From positions 1 to 64,000 of the forward strand of contig CAXUUL010000004.1 of assembly GCA_964255285.1 (NCBI GenBank): 64,000 bases of DNA, in the 5' to 3' direction. Position 1 is the first letter of the stretch. Each line of letters opens with the position of its first letter. A program made the position numbers and the translations under genes. Under the pieces are notes generated by a model. That model saw only the letters and a list, made by a program, of their open reading frames with translations, was not told where the DNA came from and searched no databases. Below are positions 50,409-61,022 of this stretch, piece by piece. The DNA is from Ionaspis alba (lineage: Eukaryota).

Positions 50409-50948
50409 TCCCGCATTTTCCGTGCTCTTGGTGGACTCAAAGATGGTAGCCACCTGCGCTTCCCTCGAGGTTCCTTGGCGTAGAGCTATTACTCGTATCT
50501 GAATTTGACCCTCCTTGCACGCATGAAACCGACCATCCAAGAGTTTATTAGGTTAAGCATTGATGGGCGAAGGCTTGGCGTCTGGGTTATATTGGCAGCC
50601 GAATGGAATCTGTTTCGGAGTAGGTGGGAAGGAGGACTGAGAACTGGACATATAAGGTGTCTGTATCTAAGTCTGTCTGCGTTGTACTATAGAATGGTCT
50701 GGCTTGACCACTCTCGTAATCCCTCTTCCACGATCGTGACCTCATAGCAGCCTTTCATACTTCGGCTCAAGGCTTTTGAAAAGTGAGTTTTGTGGTATCA
50801 GGCTTGGCAGCTAATAGGTCCTATCCTGACGGTATAAGGAATCTAAGAGCACAATATATCATGCTAAACACTGCCTTGATTGCCTACTTTCTTGCTTCTT
50901 TATGGTCTTTTGAGCACATGCCAGACAATCCTCGATCCCACACTCATC

Positions 50949-51616
50949 TCACCAATCCATCTTCAACCTCGCCTCCATTTCCGAATGGAAATCAACCGCC
51001 TCTCTTGTCTCATCACCTGCAGTGCAACACAAGTCAGCCCACATCCCTAACGCACTCTTATCCATTCTACCCGACTCCATTGTACTCCTGCCTCGACTCC
51101 TCGGAAGGGACAACCGAAACATACCAGCAAAGATATCCTCCCACTCAACACTAATATCCCTTCCCTCAAGCACATCTCCACTAACTCCTGCACTGCCCCC
51201 CAAAGCCTGCGCCCTCCACTCGCCCTCCCTTGCAATCTTCAACTCCATGCCCCTCCTGACCGGTTCCGCGATACCGAACGTGCGCCGGAGACCTTCCATC
51301 TTTAATGCCTGTTGGGTAGATCGCCAGTGGGCGAGACGGGACTCCAGTGGATGAGTGGAAGTAATTGGAGCTGGAGTATTGTGAGGGGAGAGGGTGGAAG
51401 TGGATGGGGTAAGGGAGGTGCGCAGAGTGTCAGGGAGACCTGGAGCCGAGGGGGCGGAAGGCGCGGTGTTTGGGGTAGTGGAGGCGAGGCGGGTGGTGAG
51501 ATTTGTTGTTGAGGCTGCGTGAGAGGAGGAAGGGGCGATGCGGAGGGACTGCGTGAGGTTGGTTAATTCTATGGTGTGGGATACGGCGAGTGAGGAGAAG
51601 GAAGAGTGTGTACCAT
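50949..51616 (-). CDS. UMP1: Proteasome maturation factor Ump1
   Basis: M|SLRIAP...HPLESRLAHW...MEGLRRTFGIAEPVRRGMELKI...DVLEGRD..VEWEDIF...FHSEMEARLKM. Introns 51549-51613 (coding exon 1 is the ATG only) and 51017-51124. Confidence 0.9.
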
Positions 51617-51867
51617 GGTAGCGATTTCAAATGTGGGATCTCAGCACAGTTTACGCAAAATAAATAGAGTAGAAACCGAGATTTCAGTGCCAATAAGTGA
51701 TGGAAGTTGTGGCAATGACTTTGAGCAGAGCTGGAGTTTGATTCGACAGCCGGTGTACGAATCGCGAAGCTGCCTTGAAATCTAAAATCGTAGCGCGACG
51801 ATTAGCCGCGAGTCTATATGGTAGTTCCCGGATCTCATTTTGACCACATTCTCTCGTGATCAAAATA

Positions 51868-52476
51868 ATGCTACAACGAATTACGCCTACCTGTAACGTT
51901 CACTCCGAGAGAAACATTATACCCTAGTATCTGTTATGACTCCCTGTCATTTTCTTTTTGGAGGCAGCCTACGTGGTAGTGCTAGCATATGAGTGTGTGG
52001 TCCAAAAGATATCTGCGTGATTAAAAATGGAGTGATTTTACAGTGCACATGCTACCATACACTACCATCGAACCTGTTTTGTCGTCAACCGTCAAGACTT
52101 GCAAGTCAGTCAATACCGTTGGCCTAATCTAGATGATTCGTTTGATGAGCTAATTGTTCGGTATTTTTCCTAGCAAGATCGTCTTATATGCTTTGCACTT
52201 CTTAGGTCTCTACAAAAAGCCGCAATCCTTTTACTCACGACCGCGACGGCTAAAGCATTAGCAGTCTCAGCTTTAGTCGAGATTGTTATTCAAGATCGGA
52301 CCAATTGGCTCGACGTTGAGAGAATAATCTGTTTACAGACTGATGGTGTCTCCTCAGATTTGTTATTAAACAACCCGTTTCAGACCTTGGGCGGCTCTCC
52401 TCCCGGAGCAGTTTTTTTTCGCTTGTCAGGACAGAAGGTCCATGGATGGATCATTCCAAGCACGTCGAAAAGGTGA
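51868..52476 (+). CDS. Hypothetical 137-aa protein (4-exon model, not in the ORF track)
   Basis: Exons 51868-51892, 51968-51992, 52044-52104 and 52174-52476 join in frame via GT-AG introns. The last exon is a 100-codon stop-free frame behind GCTAAT...TTCCTAG. No family recognised. Confidence 0.45.
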
Positions 52477-52895
52477 ACGCAACAGCCACGCGCGTCAGCT
52501 AAGACATTACGAGATCCTTCTATTCAGTACAGAAACTCTATATGATGTGCAATCTGCTTTACTGCTAAAGTCTTAACATAAGCCAAAGAGAGCATTCAAT
52601 CCATAAGATTGTTCCCTAGATTCCAAAACAGAGTTGCCGAAGCGAGTGGGTATATACCATGACGCCTTCCTGTAAACCCTGGTACCATATCATACCATGC
52701 CGTGCTGTGTCATTCCCGGCAATGCTATGCGAACAGACGCCACTGACTAGATATAATTATTACACCCCGAGCACGTCAATCGTTTCTCCATGCCGAAAAG
52801 CAAATACCATGCTGTCCATCCTGTAGAAGCTTTTTGTAATCCAGAGCTCCATTGCGCGAAGCACAATCCAACCGATAACGAACACACCGGGATGG

Positions 52896-55800
52896 TTAGT
52901 ATGAGTCTTCCCCATCCTCGACACTCTTCCCGCTCTTTCTCCTCCCGCCCCACGACGGTCGTCCCCTCTTCTTCTTTTGCGGTGTGCCAGAACCAGAAGC
53001 AGATCCTTTTCTCTTCCCAGCCTTTGATTCAACACTGGCTGGAACTACAAGAGAATCGCCATCACCGTCCGCGCTCGGCGTGCGTAGACCTCTTTCGTCT
53101 TCGTCGTCACCTTCCGCGGAAACCTTGACCTCGCTATCGACGGCGAGCAACTCGGCAAAGTCTTTGCACTGCTGGAGAGCTAGGTCGCGGTTGTCCAAAG
53201 ATATAGAGATTTTCGTTATCGCGTCTACAATTCTGTCGCCAGAGACATTCTGAGCTTTGGTGGGAGGTTTCGAAAGATCCTTAGCCGTGGATTTGGGTTT
53301 GCTTTCGCGGCGTTGTTGGTTCGCATTCACACCATAAAGACGACGTATAAAGGTTCGGGTCTCCCAAAGCATAGATAAGATCATAGAACCAGTAGTTAGA
53401 AGGAGAAGCCGCGACGGGTCGATATCTGAAGTGGGAACTTCACTTGTGACGGATGAGCCTTGTTCAGCGTCCGTTGTGGGTACCATAGAGTCTAGTTGTA
53501 GTTTGAAAATATCCGTATTGATCGAATGAGCAATTCCAGCCCCACTGCCGGCAACAGTTTTCTCTATGCATGAAGTGATATGCACAACATCTTCAACGCG
53601 GCCATACTCGAAGAACGCCAAGTTCTCAATTAGGAATTTTGCATACTGGAGATGAAATGGAGGGCTCATGGATAGATCTAGCTTGGTGATGTCGAAGTCG
53701 ATTTTGGAGCAGAAACTCGACAGGAACTTAAACTGGTACTTGCTCTTACTCGTCTTTATGACTTCGTACATGGAGTGTAGCTTCGACCGATAAGGAGGAC
53801 CAGTAAAGCCGTTGGGGTCCTGGACAATATTCTTTTGATACATAAAAGCCTCATGAATGGCTCGCATGTATTCCCTCTCAAACATGGATTCATGTTGGAG
53901 ATGAAGATTATGGTGCTGTTGAAAAGCGATGTCCGCGATTCTCGGATTTGTAGAGGTCTCCAGTGCAACGAGCGCAGGCCCACATTCTTTGGGATGGACC
54001 AAACCTTGTCGAGTAATGCTTGCGATGACTTCGGTAGCCGTCACTGCATCAGCACCCTGGCTACTTAAGGCAATCCTTAGGATATCCTTCAGAAACCCTT
54101 GAGCGATCAGTGCCGCTGCTCCGTCGTTGTCACTTGCTGTCATTGAACCACCAAATTTACCACTCGCAAGCGGATCCTCCTCGCCAGACACCACTTTTGC
54201 CTCCACATGGTGATCTTGCGCCGCAAAAAAGTCTCTGAAGCTTGTCAACACTATTCGCTGCAGATCTGTATGGTCATCTCGCAGGACGTTTTGGAAAGCA
54301 AGCGCAGTGTCTCTACGATTGAAATTGCTTGGCCAAGCCTGGCAGATCATGCCAATTCCATCCAACGCCACAGACCTCAGATCCAAAGGTTGATATTTAC
54401 TGCAGAAGGGTCTGATCGATTCGACCACGTTTGCCGCGACAGAGTTGATAGCCCACCAAGGTAAAGAAGCTTTGAATATACTGAGATGTGGCTCAAAGTC
54501 GCAATGCTTTGCAAAGTAGCTGGCCAGTTGAATGTACCTCTTGAGCCGCGAAAGTTCTTGTTGGCGATTGCTCGCAGAGAAGTCGTTCGAATCCAGTTTA
54601 TGCATTTCCTTCAGTACGCTTAACTCGAGCTTGATTAGTCTGTCGACATTTCGCAACACGCCATTGATGGTCCACAAACACTCACAAACCTCGTCGAGTT
54701 CTGTCTTTGCGAGCTTTGTGACATTTTTGAACAAATCATCTTGGACCTGCTTTAGGAAGTCATTCTGCGTGGTGGAAATTGACGGCAAAACACATCGAAG
54801 GATAATTACCACAGACCGAAAGATGTTCAGGTCTTCGGCAGTGGCTAGGTTGGTAATGTATGGCTGTAGATGTCGTAATTGCTGAGAGGTGAACAATTCC
54901 GGACACACACGGGCAAAGATGGTGAGTGTGTGTAGAATAAGCTGCCGTTTCCCGCTCTCAGCAAGTTCTCCAGCACTGATGAGTTCTTCCACAGCCTCTA
55001 CTACCATAGCTTTACACGCGTTCATGTTCGCTAACCCGTTCTTCCATTCCTTTGACAGGAGCTGACGCAGCACAGAGTATAACACAGAGACCACGCTATT
55101 TCCGCGCTGAACTGTTCTGACAATGAGCGCCACTTGCTCTGTCAATCTGACCTTGTAGGCTGCTGATTGATCATCTCCCGACCTGGCTGTCCAGAAAGGG
55201 ATTAACCACAGCTCTTCGATAATCTGCTTTGCAAGATCAGCAACTCCTTCTTCTGGATCTTGAGCTTTCTGAAGAAGACTATCTGCAATTACGGATCTGA
55301 CGTCCTTTTCTGAATGGCGAAGGTAGATGTCTTTCAGGTATTTGATTGATCGCTTTCGAATGCCAACAGTTGTATCATTGGAGCAAGTCAGGACCGACTT
55401 CAAAAAATCAAGCTCGAGTGCGGGTTTGAGGAGGATGCATTTGCCGATCAATACCAGTGCGGAGTCCCGAACCATGGGCGATTGGTCGGAAGCACAATTG
55501 GCGATGAGAACAATCACTTGAGGTGTCCGCCCAAGCAGCGATGGATCTTTCTCCAACATTTGGGCAACGCTCTTCAAGCTTCGCGTCCGGATCGAGATGT
55601 GTTCGCTGCTGACAGAGTCGAGAAGGACCTTGACGATGAAGCCAAAGGCCCGACAGAATCCTGTATTAAGAAGAACGAGGCTGTATGCTAGACGACATTG
55701 GACGCGTGAGACGGGATCGAATTCACTACACGAGCATCAGTAACGAGCATGAACGTTGGCTTGATGCGCAACATACTCTCTGCTAGCCCATTGACCTGTA

Positions 55801-58671
55801 CTTAACACTTCACACAAGTTTACCGCTATAGGCCCAAATTTGTTGTCAGTATCAAAGTCCCTGATACCTTCGGTAGTCGCATGATTCCCCCACAACACGA
55901 CTTTAGCCCACTGCGTAATGATATACCCCTCGGCGCTTGCAGCCTGGAGGTCTGACCTATTTGCGCTAAGGTATTCCACAACAGCTCGGTAGGGTCCAGT
56001 CCACTCGAGAAGCATACCGTTTTCGTATTCGCCACCTAGATGATTAGCCAGTTCATCTGATAATTGAGTAGTGAGCGTAGAGTCGTCGTTCTCAAGTGTT
56101 CTCATGAGCTGTTGAGCCCCAGCTGTTACATCGGATATGGCAGCCCCCATAAAACCAAGGGTTTCCAGAGCCATAGTCTTTGCTGGTGCTGTGCTCTTAT
56201 CATATGTGATAATCTCGTTCATCTTGGACACCAAGGCTCTCAAAATCAATTCCGATGCCGGCCATTCCGGCAGACTGAGAACCGTGGTGAGGTCTTCCAC
56301 AAAGATATCCAGCAGGTGTCGGTGTGGTTGATCACCTGTTTTGGAAGCAGTTGATGCTCGTGTGACAAAGAAATTGACTATATATTGAGCATCTCGAAGA
56401 GCAGATTCGTAAAGAGTTTTGGCAGCATGGACTGAACGACCCGACGGTCCACTGGAATGCGCTGTTCTAAGCCCGTTCGCTGGCTCTTTCGCCTTACTAT
56501 CGTCAAAGTTGGACTCTAAATCCGACTCGCCAGATTGAGATGCTTCGTCCTCTGAGGAACGGTCCGCCTCGGACGCACCATTCTTGAGCTCTGAAAGAGT
56601 GCGTTTTCCTTTCTTCCCAAATTTCGCAGCAGACGGCATGCCACTTGACTGAACCAGTCTCATCAACAAGGCTGAGACGAGCTGCATGCTCTTGCCGTCG
56701 CCAAGCTTGAACTGTCGCGCATGTTGTCTGGTGGTCGGAAGTCTCTGCAAAGATGTCAAAACCTCATCCAAGATATACCTCCGTTGTTCCGGATAACGGG
56801 AAAAGACTTGAGCAACAACGTTCATCGCAGTGCGTCTGAACGTCTCGAACTTGTTTGATCCCAGTACAGATTCCTTCTCATTGTGCGCATTCTCGACGAA
56901 CAGTAGACTCGAAGCAAAGAATTCAATGGAGGTCACGGTACTCTCAGCCAACTCGACTTTCGCCAGCAGGTCCAGAAGGAGTTGCATGATCTTGCTGGAA
57001 TTGTGTAAAAGTTGAGAAATAACTCTTTTGTGAGATGATGCCAGTTCAAATACTTCGGATCGAGAACCAGATGGTCGTGCTTCAACCACGGGAATGAGGC
57101 AAGACTCCATGACTCCGCGTGTCAGTTCAAGTATCTTCTGTATCAGCTCTTCGGAATAGACCTGCTTTTCTTCTCGGCCACCGCTCATGATACGTAGAAC
57201 TGTTCGAGCGGAGCGCAAGCCTGCGTCAACTTGATCAGTCCGATCGACCCAGCTAGAAATGTCATCGTCCATCCAACTCGATTGAATGCCAATGTCGACT
57301 GCCTCTGCTGTAATCAATGCACCTTCGCACAGCTTCTGAAGCTTGCATAAATGATCCACTGGCACCTCTCCTAATCGATTCAACGAAATCACTTTGTGAA
57401 GGCAAGAGTCCAGCTTAACATGGATGGAAGGCGCCAATGTCAACTTAGAGCCTCCGGATCCCTCGCTCAGAACGAAGAATGAATCTGCAGCAGAGGACTC
57501 AAGAGCGCCGTCAAGCTGTGAGTTGTTTTCAGCTTCGAACACTTCGGAGACCAAGTCTTGCAGGGTGCTAAAAGCTGCATCAGAGACCGCCCTTTGATCT
57601 TTGACTTGCCCAATGGGCTCTTCGTATCCTGCGTCCTCCCGTTTTCGCTTTTTGGTTAGAGCTGAAACTCTTCCATCTTTGGTTGAGTCACTCCCAACGA
57701 TGGGATACTTTGAGACATCAAATGAATCGGGTAGACGTGGTACAATTACTACTGGCTTCAGCTGAGTCCGCCAGACAGCTGAGTTAGAGTCGCTGTTAGA
57801 AGATATGCTGGCGTTATAGGAATAGGCCAACTCATTGTGGAGATGGTTCTTAGGAGTCTCCGGAGTCACTGGTGGTTTGTAGGGCCGATTTCGAGTTTCG
57901 TCAGTTGTAAAAGTGGCTCTCGAAGGCCTAGTGCTTGGGCTATCAGGCGTAGGGTCTGTTTGTGAAAAGCATGAGCTATGGTACTCGAGTCTCAATCACA
58001 GAGAAACTCACAACGAAAGGTAATATTTGTAGAGTTCAAGATCATGTTTGCAAATGGACCTAGTCTAGTCGACGGCTTGGTATTGCTAGATCCCGGATAG
58101 GAGACTTGTTGAGAGGCGCTTTTGAGTCCTCGAGGGACCTTGAATTTGCTTATATTCGAGGTCAGTGAGAGCAAAAGATAAAATACTTAGAACCCTCACA
58201 ATGCTGGTATAGTGTCTGGATCTAATAATGAACGTAGTGTGTCATGTGCATGCTGTGCAGCTATTGAGCTCCCCCTACTTTGTATCAAGCTTACATCTAG
58301 TCGTTCGATGGACTGCCTTGCCGCATGTCTTTCGTATGGAGTTGTAAAGATTGGCCGGGAGCTGGGAGTATCAACGTGAGGCAAAGGGACGATACCTGGA
58401 GAGTCAGCGCTAATTGGGCCAAGGGCATGACGCGTTCACCTGAATCGAAGGGAATTATGGATGAAAGTGGAGAGTATTGAAGACCCTCGTTGACCGTCAA
58501 GGGTCTAATCTGTCGATGCTTGAGGGTGGTGCCATTAAGCTGTCTGACCTGGGTCGACTGCGAGGGCGAATGGTAGTGGGGAGTCTTCCTCTGTGGCATG
58601 CCTCGATTATCAGAGGTTGGAGTAAGGGAAGTCGAGGAGGGCAAGCCGCCATAGTAAGTGAGTGGGGGCAT
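52896..58671 (-). CDS. SCC2: Cohesin loader Scc2/Mis4/NIPBL
   Basis: HEAT protein with PEWPASELIL, DQSPMVRDSAL, VGIRKRSIKYLKDIY, RQGLVHPKECGPALVALETS. Introns 58396-58439, 58149-58199, 57956-58011, 55726-55776. Confidence 0.92.
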
Positions 58672-58975
58672 GACTGCTCGACATTTGTGGCTATCAGCCT
58701 ATGTGGTTGGCATAAACAACTTCCTCATCCTTGCCCTACAGACGCACAGTTCCCATGCTCCAGGTTCCAACAAGGTGTTGTTGACAATAGAGCCTCAATC
58801 CCGCCATAGCCTTAGATCCCTGCAACCTTGAAGTCCTTCGGAATCTTCCTTATGCGCGCCTGTTCGGCTAGGGGAGATCTTAGATTCAGCCCTGGAATGC
58901 CAGGTACAGAACCTCAACCCCAACTCTTTGACCTACAACAGGGAAGTACCTTGTGAAGGACAGTCTTGAAATACG

Positions 58976-59469
58976 ATGTCTGCCATCGGATCATTGGTAT
59001 TTTGTACCGCATGCGGTGACCTTCTCGAAGGCTCCTCTGGAGACGACAAGGCTATACTGGTGTGCAATGTCTGCGGAACAGAAAATACTGGTTGATAACT
59101 ATCCAGCCGGAAACGAATGTCAATCAGATGAGTCTGACCTCACTTCATAGATACATCATCCAAAATTATCACTACGAAATCAAAGCCCAACGCATTCCCC
59201 TCCGCACTAAGGTCCAAGAAGTCTGCCGTACAAACCCTGACTGCGGAGGACGTCCAGACGGATGCTGTGATTCGCCAAACGTGCTCTGAGTGTGGCAGAG
59301 AGGAGATGAGATACCATACCCTTCAGCTACGTGGCGCGGATGAAGGTACTACAGTATTTTACAGCTGCGAATGTGGTCACAAGTGAGTACTTAAATGGTT
59401 TGATCTGATCCTTGAGACTTCAGTCACCGACGACAGTTTGCAATTTCCAGGTTCAGCACGAACAATTGA
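58976..59469 (+). CDS. RPA12: RNA polymerase I subunit A12.2 (two Zn ribbons, TFIIS-like)
   Basis: MSAIGSLVFCTACGDLL...CNVCG|...FPSALRSK...CSECGREEMRYHTLQLRGADEGTTVFYSCECGHKFSTNN*. Introns 59091-59150 and 59383-59450. Confidence 0.92.
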
Positions 59470-59549
59470 TATGAATCACACTCGAGCAGACAGCACAAGC
59501 CTCCATCAGCAAAGAGCGTCAGAGGAAGCATCAAGTATCTGGCATTGTT

Positions 59550-60648
59550 TCAAGCCTTAACGGCAGCTAAAGGCGAGAAGTCCTGGGCGTCCTTGGGAAT
59601 TATTGCATACTCCAACTCGCCGTTCTTCTCGAACTCAGCCATATCTAAAGCAACGATCACACTATCCCTCACAATCTGCTCCGGATCATTCAGAAACCTC
59701 CTCAACGTGTCCTCCACACCCGCTTCGTCTCCCAAACTTCCAAGCGCTTCCGCCGCTTCGTGCCGCACCATGCTTTCCTCCTTCACATTACTCAATGTAG
59801 TGACAAGGCTGGGTATAGATGCGGGGTGAGATAATTGTCCAAAGACAAAGGCTATTTCGTGTCTGAAGAGGGCGGAAGGGTCGCTGAAACCTGAGGCTAG
59901 CGCATGAACAGCAGCGACTGCGGTGGATCGATCAGGAGGCGATGCTAGATCTCGAAGTGCAAACATGGCTCTGTATCGTTGAAATAGTGGGAGTTTTGTG
60001 TCTAAAAGATTCCCTTGTAAGACGGGAATGGAAGGCTGTTGGATTGTTTGTGGCAGAGGTGGTGCTGGATCTATTGAGGCGAAGTCACTAGAGCCGATAT
60101 TAGCATACATCCAGCCATGATTGCTTCTCTGATATGTCGCTGTACCTTTGCCGCAATTTCTCTTGCTTCCTCTCCTCCGATCTTTCCCATTCAATTCTCT
60201 CAACCGCAATGTCGCATGTCTCTCTCACAACCGATATCTCGCGCCTATCGTCTCTTATCCTTCTCAAGAGTTCCAGGCTCTTTGTATCCCCAAGTGCTCC
60301 CAGCGCCTCCGCCGCTTCGTGTCTGCACATCGAGTCCTCAGTTCTATCCTCTAGCACTTTTCGTAGGAACGGGACTGCGTCTAAATTGCGCGTTTGTCCA
60401 AGGCAGTATGCTAATTCATGTTTGAGGAGTGCGGACGGAGAAGAGAATGCGGCGGCTATGGCTTGTATGGCATAGAGCGTCTGAGGTGTCGGAGGAGATT
60501 GACATGCTAGATGCTTGAGGGAGAAGAGAGCGCGAAAGCGGCGAGCAAGCGGGACCGATTCCGAGATCAGAGCTTTGCGTAGTGGAGTTATCGTTTTGTC
60601 ATCCAAGGAAGTGAGAGAAGTCTCGGGCTCTCTTGCTGAAGGCGCCAT
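59550..60648 (-). CDS. LIA1: Deoxyhypusine hydroxylase
   Basis: Four HE iron-binding motifs (LKHELAYCLGQ, CRHEAAEALG, FRHEIAFVFGQ, VRHEAAEALG) and SDFASIDPAPP. Intron 60088-60145. Confidence 0.95.
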
Positions 60649-61022
60649 TGTGGAGTATGTGAACAGTCTCCAGGCGACGTAGAGTAGATGGAATTTAGGA
60701 AAGTCTTAGTGGGGGTTGGTGGGGGTAACATGCCAAGGCCGCTGCTGAGTCTGCCGAGGTGGGTGACAAAAAATACCCCAAACCAAAGCAAGATAGGGGC
60801 CCAATATAGGGCCTCCTCCCCAGCCTCGCTGAAATATAGTTAAGCTTCCCACTGTTTGGGCATTTGATGCCTTTGGTGCGGGATTTTTTCTGTCATCCGC
60901 CTCGTCTGTCACAATATTGGAGATATATGTTCAGTCCCATCAACAAAGATGAATCGACGACAAACAGAAGCATTGTGGGTATCTAAGTCTACAACTCACG
61001 ACATCATAACAAAAAGTCATAT

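Noticed and set aside
51925..51935. TAGTATCTGTT matching the U2 snRNA branch-recognition region
   Set aside because: Only 11 nt match. The U2 5' stem and Sm site are absent.
51814..52060. Three minus-strand intron-like segments (GTATGG, GTAGGC, GTAGGC donors)
   Set aside because: Branch points are poor and the joined exons give no open frame. The plus-strand model explains the region better.
52225..52420. CCTTTTAC (U5 loop 1-like) and a hairpin followed by a T8 run (Pol III terminator-like)
   Set aside because: Flanking U5 stems are missing, and both lie within the 100-codon open frame of the proposed orphan gene.
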